Positions 31,222-41,499 of a stretch of DNA of 64,000 nucleotides are shown piece after piece. A program made the translations under genes and the position numbers. The stretch's first letter is position 1, and the number at the start of each line of letters is the position of its first letter. The DNA is taken from contig CAYJED010000002.1 of the NCBI GenBank assembly GCA_964369115.1, forward strand, positions 10,193-74,192, given 5' to 3'. The notes beneath the pieces were generated by a model. It saw only the letters and a program-made list of their open reading frames with translations, did no database searches and was not told the origin of the DNA. The stretch is from an uncultured Candidatus Saccharibacteria bacterium (GTDB lineage Bacteria > Patescibacteriota > Minisyncoccia > Phycocordibacterales > UBA5272).

Positions 31222-31252
31222 AAAAAAAAAGCGGGCAGTGCCCGCTTTTTTG
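31222..31252 (-). terminator. strong rho-independent terminator after major pilin
   Basis: aaaaaaaaagcgggcagtgcccgcttttttt. Confidence 0.85.
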
Positions 31253-31288
31253 TTTAGCTAAGATAGAAACTTCTTTTAGAAAAACAGA

Positions 31289-31987
31289 TTATTGCTGTGA
31301 AGTAACATCAAAGATACAATCTTCTACAGCGACACAAGTACTACTAGACTGTTCAGAGTAAGGAGAGACAGCTGGAAGATCATTAATTTTTGATTCGAAA
31401 TCAGATCCATTAGTAGGCACAGGACTTCCTTCTACTATAGACGCTGGAAGGCTGGATGAAGCAGCGGAGGTAAAAAGGTTAGTTCCGTTATTAACGAAAG
31501 TTGCAGTCATGAAGTTACCGTTGTACACCGCACAGAAAGGAACAGCGAGTGCGCTTGATAGGGTTGCAGAAATACAGTCACGATCAGTTTCAAGAGCTGG
31601 ACCATATACTTCAAGTTTTACACCAAAGTGATACGCAAAAATCTGATCCTGAGCACCTGTTGATGAAGCTGTATAATATGTGTAAGCAAAAGCATCACGG
31701 GCATTTGATGTAGTAGAAGCAGCAAATGTAGGAAGAAGCGGCATAAACTGAGGTGAAAGATCTTTAAGATCAATTGGATACTGAGCGGAGTTTGATTCAG
31801 CGTATTGCTCAAGAGCAAGCTGTGTTGATTTAAGTTCGGCAATCTTCTTCGCGTCACGTGCTTTTTTACGCGCACTTTGAATTGGGGCAGCAATAATAGT
31901 TGAAAGGAGACCGATAATAGCGATCACCACAAGAAGTTCGATAAGGGTGAATCCACGAACACCTGATTTTGTAAATTTGTTTGACAT
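31289..31987 (-). CDS. pilA: type IV major pilin
   Basis: RGFTLIELLVVIAIIGLLSTI canonical prepilin leader and N-terminal helix; own terminator. Confidence 0.8.
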   Translation of the reverse strand: MSNKFTKSGVRGFTLIELLVVIAIIGLLSTIIAAPIQSARKKARDAKKIAELKSTQLALEQYAESNSAQYPIDLKDLSPQFMPLLPTFAASTTSNARDAFAYTYYTASSTGAQDQIFAYHFGVKLEVYGPALETDRDCISATLSSALAVPFCAVYNGNFMTATFVNNGTNLFTSAASSSLPASIVEGSPVPTNGSDFESKINDLPAVSPYSEQSSSTCVAVEDCIFDVTSQQ

Positions 31988-32108
31988 AATATTTTTCTAT
32001 CTTTTTGTAGATACTTTAAAGTATATACCCATTATTTTATAAAACACAAGTATTAAAGATAAATTGTGTGGATAATTAAAATAGATTGTAAATAAAGGTT
32101 TTTTAAAC

Positions 32109-32140
32109 AAAAATACACATTTTACTTAATGTGTATTTTT
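32109..32140 (-). terminator. palindromic hairpin between pilC and pilA
   Basis: aaaaatacacatt-ttactt-aatgtgtattttt. Confidence 0.55.
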
Positions 32141-32168
32141 ATGTTTTGTTAAAAAAAGTAATAAAAAA

Positions 32169-33392
32169 CTAACTAATTGCATCAGTGAGAGAATACATAG
32201 GGAGAAGAATAGCAGACACAAGCACACCTACACCGACTCCCAAACTTACGATCATCGCAGGCTCAATAAGTCCAATCATTGAATCAATTGCTGTGTCGAG
32301 TTCACGTCTATAAAAGTTAGAGAGATTTTTAAGGATATAAGCAAGCTCTCCTGTTTCTTCTCCAATGTGAACCATTTGTACAAGAATATTTGGAACAAGA
32401 GGCTCTTCATATAAAGCCTTTGAAAGAGACTTTCCCGTTTGAACTTTAACAGAAACTCTACCCATCAATTGTTTATAAACACGATTCTCAACAATTGAAG
32501 TAGTAATATCGATAGACCGAACAATTGGTACACCATTTGAGAGCATGGTACTCATGTTATCTGACAAACGTTGTAAGAAAATTTTCTGAAGAAGATTATT
32601 AAGCACCGGCACTTTAATGAGATTGCTATCAACAATGTACCCTCCTTCGTCAGTTTGCGACCACTTATAAAACCAAAAACCAAGACCAAAGAGAATAGGG
32701 AAAGTAATTGGTCCATATTTTACGAAAAGATCCGAAACAAAGAGAACAATTTGTGTCACCATCGGAAGCTCAGCACCTTCCTCAGCAAACATGTTTGCCA
32801 TTTTAGGGACCACAAATGTAAGCATGCCCACCATAATTGCAAAGAATGTTCCAATAACAAATCCTGGGTAAGTAAGAGCTTTTTTGATCTTCTGGTTAAG
32901 TTCGTAGTTACGATCAAGATAGTCAGCGAGAAAAAGAAAAACTTCATTCAATTTTCCACTTTCTTCACCCGCTTTAACCATGTTAACGTAAAAATTTGAA
33001 AAGAGGTCAGGTCTACGAGACAAGGCTTCTGAAAGAGCAATACCTGACTCGATATCATCAGCAACCCCCATAATCTCTTCTTGAAGAGTCTTGTTTTCAT
33101 TTTCTTGTGCAAGAAGACGGAAGGCACGCAATGCTGACACCCCCGCCTCAAACAAGGTCGACACCTGTCGTGAAAAGAGCACCACATCTTTTGGTTTTAT
33201 CTTTTCTTTAAAAAGCTTACCTGTTGCCTGGTAAATAATATTATTTTTCTTATCTACCTTTTCTTTAACTTCTAAAATAGTAGTAATACCTTTTTTTTGA
33301 AGAACAAGAATAGCGCTATCAACAGACGTTGCTTCAACTTCCCCCTCTTCTTTGTTTCCGTTATTATTAAGCCAAGAATATTCAAAGATCAT
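32169..33392 (-). CDS. pilC: type IV pilus assembly platform protein (GspF family)
   Basis: GspF-family repeats, 3 TM segments, 407 aa. Confidence 0.85.
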   Translation of the reverse strand: MIFEYSWLNNNGNKEEGEVEATSVDSAILVLQKKGITTILEVKEKVDKKNNIIYQATGKLFKEKIKPKDVVLFSRQVSTLFEAGVSALRAFRLLAQENENKTLQEEIMGVADDIESGIALSEALSRRPDLFSNFYVNMVKAGEESGKLNEVFLFLADYLDRNYELNQKIKKALTYPGFVIGTFFAIMVGMLTFVVPKMANMFAEEGAELPMVTQIVLFVSDLFVKYGPITFPILFGLGFWFYKWSQTDEGGYIVDSNLIKVPVLNNLLQKIFLQRLSDNMSTMLSNGVPIVRSIDITTSIVENRVYKQLMGRVSVKVQTGKSLSKALYEEPLVPNILVQMVHIGEETGELAYILKNLSNFYRRELDTAIDSMIGLIEPAMIVSLGVGVGVLVSAILLPMYSLTDAIS

Positions 33393-33409
33393 AAAAAATT
33401 AACTAATTA

Positions 33410-34468
33410 TTAAAGAAGTCTATCGAAAAGTCCTCGACGGCGAGCATATGTATATGCAACATCGCGTGCAACTGTTCCCTCACGAACAAGTGAGGCGAGA
33501 TATCTATCAAGGTCAATCATTCCGTCTTTTGCACCCATTTCAATGATCATATCAATTTCGTGTACACGGTTTTCGCGTATAAGATTTGATACAGCTCCTG
33601 TATTTAAAAGAAGCTCAAAAGCAGGAACCATACCCCCTCCTGTTGTAGGAATAAGCTGCTGAGAAAGAATGCCTATAAGAGAGGATGAAAGCTGTAAGCG
33701 AATCTGGTTTTGCTGATCAGAAGGAAATGAATCGATGATACGGTTGATTGTCTGAGCAGCTGAGTTACTGTGAAGCGTCGCAAGAACAAGGTGACCTGTC
33801 TCAGCAGCAGTTACCGCTGTTGCCATAGTATCTCTATTTCTCATCTCTCCAATCATAATGACATCAAGATCTTGACGGAGGGACTGAACAAGAGCTGTGT
33901 CAAAATCACTTGTATCGGTACGAACTTCTCGTTGCTCAATAATAGATTTATCATGATCAAAACGAAATTCCGCAGGATCTTCAATGGTGAGGATATGCCG
34001 CCTAGACTCTTTGTTAATTTGCTGAATCATTGCAGCAATTGTTGTTGACTTACCCTGCCCAATTGAACCAACAACAAGAAAAAGTCCTTGGCGTTCACGG
34101 GAAACAGCTATAAGCTGCTGAGGAAGAGCGAGCTCTTCTATTGTCCTTACTCGAGGCAGTAAACGAAGGGCAATTGAAATAACCCCACGCTGAAAACATG
34201 CATTCCCTCGAAGCCTGTACTCTTTACGATGCTCGTAAGAAAAATCTAACTCTTGAGTTACTACAAAGTTAGTAAGCATTTTTTCGCCAATCATTTGACG
34301 CAAAAAACCTAGAGTGTCTTCTGGTGTGAGCTCTTTTTTTCTCGTAAGAGGGATAAGGTCTCTGTTAATACGAAGTGAAGGGAAGTGAGCTACAGTAAGG
34401 TGCAGGTCTGAACCTCCTTCCTTTACTAAGGTCATAATAAGATCGTCGAGCTCTGTTTCGTAATTCAT
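33410..34468 (-). CDS. pilT: twitching motility/retraction ATPase
   Basis: 352 aa; Walker A GSIGQGKSTTIAAMI, Asp/His boxes typical of PilT. Confidence 0.85.
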   Translation of the reverse strand: MNYETELDDLIMTLVKEGGSDLHLTVAHFPSLRINRDLIPLTRKKELTPEDTLGFLRQMIGEKMLTNFVVTQELDFSYEHRKEYRLRGNACFQRGVISIALRLLPRVRTIEELALPQQLIAVSRERQGLFLVVGSIGQGKSTTIAAMIQQINKESRRHILTIEDPAEFRFDHDKSIIEQREVRTDTSDFDTALVQSLRQDLDVIMIGEMRNRDTMATAVTAAETGHLVLATLHSNSAAQTINRIIDSFPSDQQNQIRLQLSSSLIGILSQQLIPTTGGGMVPAFELLLNTGAVSNLIRENRVHEIDMIIEMGAKDGMIDLDRYLASLVREGTVARDVAYTYARRRGLFDRLL

Positions 34469-34539
34469 ATACTAAAAAGTATAGCAAGCAAATTGCTCGA
34501 GGCAATTGTATAACTCACACATAACTTATAATTACTTTT

Positions 34540-36330
34540 TTAAAGCTCAGCAAGTTCAACAAATGGAATCTTCCCCTCCATACATTTAAGCATCGCATCT
34601 TCTTTTAGAGTTACCATTCCATTTTTACGTGCCAGCTTAAAGATCTCCTCCTCTCCTTTGTTACGTAGAATTGCTTCTTCTATTTCGTCTGTAATAGAGA
34701 GAACTTCAAAAACAGGAACACGCCCTTTAATACCTGTTGGAAACTGAGCATTCCCTTTTGCTTCATACAAAGGTCTGTCAATTTGAAATTCTTTTTTAAA
34801 TTCATCAGGAAGGTCTTCGAACTGCTTATGAACCAATTCCTTTAAAGAAGGTGTCATTTCCATTTGTTCACCGCAACTATCTGCAATACGACGAGAGAGA
34901 CGTTGACCAAGCGCAGCAATAAGAACTGGCGCAATAAGATACGACTCAATACCCATATCAAGAAGACGAGTTACCACACCAATTGATGTGTTGGTGTGGA
35001 TTGTTGAAAATACCAAGTGACCAGTAAGAGCCGCTTGAATAGCAAGCTGTGCGGTTTCACCGTCACGAATTTCTCCCACCATGATTACATCAGGGTCCTG
35101 ACGAAGGATAGAACGAAGCCCTGAAGCAAATGTATACCCAATATCAGGGAACACCTGAGACTGATTCATTCCTCCCACGTTATATTCCACAGGGTCTTCA
35201 AGTGAAACAACGTTCTTATGGTCACGATCAATTTCGTTAAGCATCGAGTAAAGCGTTGTGGTTTTACCGGATCCTGTAGGACCAGAAATAAGTACCATAC
35301 CATATGGCGCGCCGATTGCTTCACGAATATGTTTCATCTGAAGTGTAGAAAAACCAAGATCATTGAGAAGCTTTACACCTTTAATGCTGTCAAGAATACG
35401 GATTACAATCTTTTCACCATAATACCCTGGGAACGATGACACACGGTAGTCAATTTTACGATCACCAAACTTAGTACTAAATCGCCCATCTTGAGGTTTA
35501 CGCTTCTCATCAAGCTTCATAGCGCAAAGGATTTTGATACGGGCAATAAGCATCGGATGTAATTTTGCAGGGAGTGCAGCAATTTGTTCGAGGCGTCCAT
35601 CCATACGAACACGAGTACGAACAGAAAGACCGACGTGTTCTATGTGAATATCGGAAGCCGTATTATCAATAGCATAACGCAAAATAGTACTGAAAATATC
35701 AGGAATTGGGAGTTTTGCTAGATTTTTATCAAGAACACTTGATGCATCTTGAAGATCAATCTCCTCGTCACCTTCTGGACCATCTTCAAGACTGTCATCA
35801 TCTTTTGCAACATAAGAAATGATTTCATTATCCACCTTATCAGTTACACTGGCTTTTTCTTCTTGCAAATCATTTGGTGAAGTGATGCCAAAATGTTTCT
35901 TAAAGGCATCATAAGAAACGAGGTATACCTTATAGGCTTGATGTGTTGACCCGAAAAGAAACTGAAGACTTGATAGAACGTTACCATGTTCAGGATCAAC
36001 AATACCAACAAACAAAACCTCATCACGAAACTCAAGCGGAACTGCCAAAAACTGCTTAGATTGGACCACATTTATATACTTAGTAAGCTCTTTGTCGTCC
36101 GCAATATCTTCTCTGTAAATAGGGAGACCATGGAGGGTACTTCTTACTTCAGTAATTTCATCGCTTGAGATATTTTTTTTAGCGAGAAGGTCATCAACAA
36201 GAATCCCTTCTGTTGAAGAGATTGTAGCATCGATTTCTTTTGCTTCGATTTCAGTTAATTTATTTTGGCTAACAAAAAGATCAAGGAGCAACATACGGCG
36301 CGAAAGGATCTGGTCGGCCTCGAGAATCAC
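34540..36330 (-). CDS. pilB: type IV pilus assembly ATPase (GspE family)
   Basis: GPTGSGKTTTLYSML Walker A, C-terminal tetracysteine-like region; 596 aa. Confidence 0.85.
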   Translation of the reverse strand: MILEADQILSRRMLLLDLFVSQNKLTEIEAKEIDATISSTEGILVDDLLAKKNISSDEITEVRSTLHGLPIYREDIADDKELTKYINVVQSKQFLAVPLEFRDEVLFVGIVDPEHGNVLSSLQFLFGSTHQAYKVYLVSYDAFKKHFGITSPNDLQEEKASVTDKVDNEIISYVAKDDDSLEDGPEGDEEIDLQDASSVLDKNLAKLPIPDIFSTILRYAIDNTASDIHIEHVGLSVRTRVRMDGRLEQIAALPAKLHPMLIARIKILCAMKLDEKRKPQDGRFSTKFGDRKIDYRVSSFPGYYGEKIVIRILDSIKGVKLLNDLGFSTLQMKHIREAIGAPYGMVLISGPTGSGKTTTLYSMLNEIDRDHKNVVSLEDPVEYNVGGMNQSQVFPDIGYTFASGLRSILRQDPDVIMVGEIRDGETAQLAIQAALTGHLVFSTIHTNTSIGVVTRLLDMGIESYLIAPVLIAALGQRLSRRIADSCGEQMEMTPSLKELVHKQFEDLPDEFKKEFQIDRPLYEAKGNAQFPTGIKGRVPVFEVLSITDEIEEAILRNKGEEEIFKLARKNGMVTLKEDAMLKCMEGKIPFVELAEL

Positions 36331-36622
36331 TCATTGGAACTACTTCTGGGAGATCCGTAAATGACTTAAAGAGAGTTAATTCTGTAAAAGCAAAATCTTT
36401 TTTTGTAAGTGCAACTTTCTGCTTTGGGTCAACCATAACAGCACCTGCTTTTTGAAGTTTTGGACCAAAAATAGCAACATCGGCTGCAGTAAGAGGTGCT
36501 GTAGGGTTAGATGAAACACCGGAAAACATAACACCGTAAAAGAAATAGAGGCACCACCCCAATAAGCCGAGACTAATGATTCCAACAAGTAAACCTGTAA
36601 ATTTAGATGGGTTAATTTGCAT
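36281..36622 (-). CDS. small membrane-anchored pilus assembly-associated protein (PilP/PilO-like, putative)
   Basis: 113 aa, N-terminal TM, position between pilO-like and pilB. Confidence 0.35.
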   Translation of the reverse strand: MQINPSKFTGLLVGIISLGLLGWCLYFFYGVMFSGVSSNPTAPLTAADVAIFGPKLQKAGAVMVDPKQKVALTKKDFAFTELTLFKSFTDLPEVVPMSDSRGRPDPFAPYVAP

Positions 36623-36640
36623 AGTAAATAAATGTAAGAA

Positions 36641-37225
36641 TTACTTAAAGTAATACACCTTTGAAGTAACACTAATACTAAGAGCTTCCGGATCTTCTAT
36701 TTTATCAACATCACCAGACTTTTCTTCTTGGCGTTTAATGGTAACACTGTCATGAACATAAAATCTAAGATTTTTTTCATAAGCCTCAATAAATGATTTA
36801 AAAGCAGGGTACCGAGATATTAAGTTAAACGTAACAAGATATGAACCAAGATCTTTATTTTGATTTCTTTGATTTAGAACAACACCAACATTAGTTACCG
36901 CAACTCCATTTTTATTTCCAATAGTTATTATCTCATTTCGAAGCTTAATTGGATCAATCGAAGGAGGAAGCATTGTTTCAATCTTTTTTCTAAGATCACC
37001 GTCAATTTCTTTATACTGTTTTTCTGTTCTATTTATATTTTCTTCAACAGAAATAATTTTACTGAGAGTGTCTTTATACTGAGTATTTCTGTCTCTTAAC
37101 GTTACAATACTTGCTTCTGGGGTAAAAACAACTCCAGGTAAACCAGAATGGACAGGCTTAATATACCCAAGATACAAAACAACCGGGGTAATAATCATAA
37201 GAATGTTGAGTAATTTAGGTGACAT
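36641..37225 (-). CDS. PilO-like pilus assembly protein
   Basis: N-terminal TM + coiled coil + periplasmic domain; operon context. Confidence 0.5.
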   Translation of the reverse strand: MSPKLLNILMIITPVVLYLGYIKPVHSGLPGVVFTPEASIVTLRDRNTQYKDTLSKIISVEENINRTEKQYKEIDGDLRKKIETMLPPSIDPIKLRNEIITIGNKNGVAVTNVGVVLNQRNQNKDLGSYLVTFNLISRYPAFKSFIEAYEKNLRFYVHDSVTIKRQEEKSGDVDKIEDPEALSISVTSKVYYFK

Positions 37226-37230
37226 AAATT

Positions 37231-37941
37231 TTATTGAGGTGTTGATGTTGAAACTTCTGGTGGACGTCCTTCAACAAAAACAATTTGATCTGACGTCACA
37301 CCTTGAACAATTACAGGTGTTGAAACTCTTACCTTAATTGAATTTCTTGAATCAGAAATACCAGCTGTCTTTGGTTGAGGGGCAATCTTACTGTACTGAG
37401 CAAGATTAAGAGCCTCAAGCTGTTGAATAAGTGCTCTATAATTTGTTGTTACTACAGCAAAATCAACAGTATAACCAGACCCATTAACAGGTTTTTTTAA
37501 GCTAAATTCATCAAAAACAACTTGTCTTTCAACAACATCTTCAAGAAACTTAAGGGGTGAGCGCACAGAAACATACTCCTGTAAAAGTTTTTCTAAATTC
37601 TTAACTCTAGATGAAAAATTTACCATCTCTGAGATTGGGTAATCTTTAAAAGATGCGTCACGGGTTAAGATTTCCTGTTTCGTTGAAGCTATGCTTGATT
37701 TTAGGTAAGTTGAATAAACAAATAAAACAAGACTAACAAGAATAGAAAGAGATGCTATAACGAAAAGAAGGATTTGTAAGTATGCATTAACACTAATTTC
37801 CCCTCCTCTTTGCTGAACAAAGAGAAAAGGAGAACTTGAGTCTGGCGCCACACCTTGAGGTTGTGTGCCGTTTTGAACTCCTTGTATACCCTGACCAGGC
37901 ACAGGAGCTGCTTCTGATTGATTACTAAGTGAAAATGCCAT
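37231..37941 (-). CDS. PilN-like pilus assembly protein
   Basis: Single TM (LQILLFVIASLSILVSLVLFVY) followed by coiled coil; operon context. Confidence 0.5.
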   Translation of the reverse strand: MAFSLSNQSEAAPVPGQGIQGVQNGTQPQGVAPDSSSPFLFVQQRGGEISVNAYLQILLFVIASLSILVSLVLFVYSTYLKSSIASTKQEILTRDASFKDYPISEMVNFSSRVKNLEKLLQEYVSVRSPLKFLEDVVERQVVFDEFSLKKPVNGSGYTVDFAVVTTNYRALIQQLEALNLAQYSKIAPQPKTAGISDSRNSIKVRVSTPVIVQGVTSDQIVFVEGRPPEVSTSTPQ

Positions 37942-37953
37942 GAGGTACTACGT

Positions 37954-39021
37954 TTATGAAATTAATTTTTTTAGAGCACACCCAAGTGCAACAGCATAAC
38001 TTGGACCAACTCTCTCCATCATTTCTGACAAAAAATCAGGAACAACAACTTGTTCAAATGGGGTGACTACTCGTCCTGCAATGTGCACTGTTTTACTGTA
38101 CACACTTATAAGACTTGGTACACGTGCACCACCCCCTGTTAAAATTATTCCTTCTATAGTTTGATTATACTTTCTTTCGTACATTAGGGATAGTCTTGCG
38201 ATCTCACCAAACAGTGGATAACTGGAAAGCTCTAACACGTCCTTAAGATAAGGATTAGAAGAATCACCTTCATACCCAAACACTCTCTTAGACTCTTCAG
38301 CTGTGTCGATAGTAACAGAGAGTGCTCTAGAAATTTGCATAGTCCCCTCTTGCGAACCTCTACTAATAACATGCATATCAAGCACTATCCCCTGATACAC
38401 AACAGAAAGCACAGTTGAAAGTGAGCCGATATCTACATACATTACCATTTTATGTGTGTGTGGTGGTGAACTTCTCAAAAGAGAGTACCCATGAATCTCG
38501 TACTCAACATTCTTTAATTCCAGTTTTTGAGAAATAGCAGCAGATGAAGTGAGAGCAGAATTATTTACAGCAGCAAGAACCACACTGATCATCTTTTCAT
38601 CGTTAATAAACTTAACGGTTTGGGGAATATGCCACCAGTCCATCTGAACTTCAGTAAGGGGAATTGGAATATACTTACGAGCCTCTATGGGCATCATAGT
38701 TCTCAATTCATCGTCAGACACTTTTGGCACATTTACCAAAGAAACAAAGGCAGCTGTTGGGTCAATCGCAATAACAGCATCTCGTGCGGTCACTTTTGCT
38801 TCCTTAAACAAATCCTGTACAGCTTCTACAAGCTTTTCCTCTCCAAGATGGACTCCTTGTCCAATCTTTAATCCGCCATAAGGTCCAAGAGCAACTTCAC
38901 CATAGGTATCAAGAACAATTCTATTTTTTTCCTTACGAAGCTGAACCACTTTCACAGAAGAAGCTCCGACATCGAGGCCGATCGCTTGTCCTAATTCTTC
39001 TTTCTTAAAAAAGTTAAGCAT
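37954..39021 (-). CDS. pilM: type IV pilus assembly protein PilM (actin-like ATPase)
   Basis: IGLDVGASSVKVVQL actin-fold N-terminus, 355 aa. Confidence 0.8.
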   Translation of the reverse strand: MLNFFKKEELGQAIGLDVGASSVKVVQLRKEKNRIVLDTYGEVALGPYGGLKIGQGVHLGEEKLVEAVQDLFKEAKVTARDAVIAIDPTAAFVSLVNVPKVSDDELRTMMPIEARKYIPIPLTEVQMDWWHIPQTVKFINDEKMISVVLAAVNNSALTSSAAISQKLELKNVEYEIHGYSLLRSSPPHTHKMVMYVDIGSLSTVLSVVYQGIVLDMHVISRGSQEGTMQISRALSVTIDTAEESKRVFGYEGDSSNPYLKDVLELSSYPLFGEIARLSLMYERKYNQTIEGIILTGGGARVPSLISVYSKTVHIAGRVVTPFEQVVVPDFLSEMMERVGPSYAVALGCALKKLIS

Positions 39022-39049
39022 ACTGTAACTGAGTATATACTATTATATA

Positions 39050-39715
39050 TTGAAGCCTCTATCGTACTACTGCTTTTATATGTGGATGATTAAATCATTA
39101 CTTACTTTTTTCTTCTCAGTTGTATTTCCTTCTTATTGTTACGTATGTAAAAAAGAAAAAACCTCTCTTTGTAAAAAATGTACCGATACTTTTTCTCGCG
39201 GAGTAGACACACCTTATCCATTCATAATAAGCCTCTATTCATTCAAAGATAAGAATGTAAGAAAAATAATTCACGCCATAAAATACTTTCACAGAAAAGA
39301 CCTTATACGAGACTTTACGGAAAATGGTATTGTAAATAAAAACATTGAAAGCATTGAAGCTGCAGATAATCCTATACTTATTCCAGTACCAACAACCTTA
39401 TTTCGCAAACTAAAGAGAGGTTACTGTCATACAGAATATATTGCACTAACTCTTGGAGAAAGACTGGATTACCCAATATCTCTCACAACATTAAAAAGAA
39501 GACATTTTACTAGAGCGCAAGTAGGGACAAAACGTAGTGACCGCATCAACGCTCAAAAAGGGAGCTTTTTAATCAAAGACATGCGGTGTATAAAAAATAA
39601 AACAGTAATTCTTGTTGATGATGTTACTACTACTGGAGCAACTCTCCTTGAAGCAAAGAGGGTTCTTCTTTTATCTGGTGCAAAAAATGTACTTGCCATT
39701 ACTCTTGCTCATTAA
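39050..39715 (+). CDS. comF: ComF-family competence protein (zinc ribbon + phosphoribosyltransferase)
   Basis: CYVCKKEKTSLCKKC zinc ribbon; VILVDDVTTTGATLLEA PRTase motif. Confidence 0.75.
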   Translation: MKPLSYYCFYMWMIKSLLTFFFSVVFPSYCYVCKKEKTSLCKKCTDTFSRGVDTPYPFIISLYSFKDKNVRKIIHAIKYFHRKDLIRDFTENGIVNKNIESIEAADNPILIPVPTTLFRKLKRGYCHTEYIALTLGERLDYPISLTTLKRRHFTRAQVGTKRSDRINAQKGSFLIKDMRCIKNKTVILVDDVTTTGATLLEAKRVLLLSGAKNVLAITLAH

Positions 39716-40328
39716 AAAAATTATAGAAGATAAATTAAAAAAATACATACTTTATCAAGAAAAATAAAACCAGTAATTTGCTGTTACGAAATCTTACACT
39801 CTGGTAACGAAGGTTTATGGTCCCTTGCTGTAACGTACCTTATAACAGAATTAGAAAGATACTTAAAATCTAACAGTGAGTACATAAACAGAGATTGTTC
39901 ACTTAAAAGTTCTGCACCTAATGATTTAAGAAAACAGTTGAGCGTATACAGAAAAAACCAAGATGGTTCCGCTAAACCTATAAATCGTATTAGTGATCTT
40001 TTAAAAATCTTCTTACACGAACATGAAAGCTCTTACTTTTCCAACTATTTAAAAACATTTGATGAAGAAATGATTAAATTTTGACAAAAAAGAATTGAAA
40101 GAATCAAAAAAACAAGAGACTCTATAATGCATGGAGAAAAAGAAAACTCTCATATAAATATTTTTCTTTTCCTTACACTACACTCAATAAATATTTTTAA
40201 CCAATCAAAATATATACAACAACTAATTTGGTAATACAAAATAATTAAAATCATATTAAAACAGACTAATTTCCATGCTACACTACCCCCTATCCCTGTT
40301 CTTTCCAACAACTTAAAAAGGATTTCTT

Positions 40329-40565
40329 ATGCAGTTCCCCCCTGTCATTGGAACACCACTTACAAACATTGCTATCGACCTCTTTAAGGCACAACAGCAA
40401 GCACAAAGACTTGTAATTCCGACGAATCATGCAGTGCAGTCCGATCTCGATGTGCGTGTAAGCTTACAGCAAGCAATTGCTCGCGCTGATGCTACAGCAA
40501 ATATTCGCAACCATCACAACAGAATGACTATCCGTCTCTACGAAGAAATTCAAAAAATGAAATAG
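40329..40565 (+). CDS. hypothetical small protein
   Basis: 78 aa ORF followed immediately by terminator. Confidence 0.45.
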   Translation: MQFPPVIGTPLTNIAIDLFKAQQQAQRLVIPTNHAVQSDLDVRVSLQQAIARADATANIRNHHNRMTIRLYEEIQKMK

Positions 40566-40590
40566 TCCGCACACCATGCGGACTATTTTT
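40563..40590 (+). terminator. rho-independent terminator
   Basis: tagtccgca-cacca-tgcggacta then ttttt. Confidence 0.75.
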
Positions 40591-40786
40591 ATAGCTTCAT
40601 CTTTTCAATATGAAGAATATCTTTTTTCTGTATAGTAAGCACATCCACTGGATCATCAAGATACAATGTAAAGCAAATAGTTAGAGTACCTTCCTCATCT
40701 TTAATCACTTTTCCCGCGCAACTAAAAAGCTTCTCATTTTCTTTATATTCTATACGCACCTCTTTCTGTAGCAATGTGTTATCCAT
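40589..40786 (-). CDS. hypothetical small protein
   Basis: 65 aa ORF 1 nt downstream of next gene, operon-like. Confidence 0.35.
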   Translation of the reverse strand: MDNTLLQKEVRIEYKENEKLFSCAGKVIKDEEGTLTICFTLYLDDPVDVLTIQKKDILHIEKMKL

Positions 40787-40787
40787 A

Positions 40788-41282
40788 CTATTTTTCTACT
40801 TTAGTGATAAATGATAGTGGTATCACATAATAAAATGGCGTATATCCTGGGTGATTCTTAACAGGCTGAGGATGAAGCCGTAATGTGACAGGGTCTTTAA
40901 GGAGCAGATACGTAGAAGTTATTTGTACCACCTCCCCTTCGGTATACATTTTTGTTATCTTTTCTGGAACACTCTTTTCAAAATAAACAATATCATCCCA
41001 GTACACAGTAAGAGCATCTCCGATACTTACCCCACTCATTACTTGCTCATTATTTTTATATTCTGTAAGAAGTGCCCCCTTTGGAAGAAGGAGACCTCTA
41101 ACAGAAGTCCCGCTTTCCACATCCTCGATAAAAGAGACTACTATATTTCCAGCGACATCTTCTGTAATCTTTCCGTAAGAAATATGAGGATAGAGATCGA
41201 CTTTTTCAAGACTAGCGTCGCTTATATAAAATGCATCAACATATTCTACTTTAGAAAAAGTATCTACTTCTTTTACTTTCAT
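40788..41282 (-). CDS. hypothetical protein
   Basis: 164 aa ORF, no family recognised. Confidence 0.45.
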   Translation of the reverse strand: MKVKEVDTFSKVEYVDAFYISDASLEKVDLYPHISYGKITEDVAGNIVVSFIEDVESGTSVRGLLLPKGALLTEYKNNEQVMSGVSIGDALTVYWDDIVYFEKSVPEKITKMYTEGEVVQITSTYLLLKDPVTLRLHPQPVKNHPGYTPFYYVIPLSFITKVEK

Positions 41283-41355
41283 ATACTTACTCTATATCCT
41301 TTTAAAAGAAAAACCAAGCAGTAAAAGTCACGCTGCTTGGTTTGGCAGTTTTTAT

Positions 41356-41499
41356 TTACTGCCAAAAATGGAGCTCCAGATGACCAGACGAGACAGCATC
41401 GTCGCGTGCCTGATGCCAAGCACCAGAAACGTCTCTGACGGACGAGCCTGTATCTTTTGCTGCGTCACCCTTATCGTAGGATGAAGAATCTCTCCCCAT
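41356..41499 (-). CDS. small hypothetical protein (47 aa) with strong Shine-Dalgarno, in locally GC-rich patch
   Basis: aggaggtg 8 nt upstream of ATG; MGRDSSSYDKGDAAKDTGSSVRDVSGAWHQARDDAVSSGHLELHFWQ; hairpin after stop. Confidence 0.3.
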   Translation of the reverse strand: MGRDSSSYDKGDAAKDTGSSVRDVSGAWHQARDDAVSSGHLELHFWQ

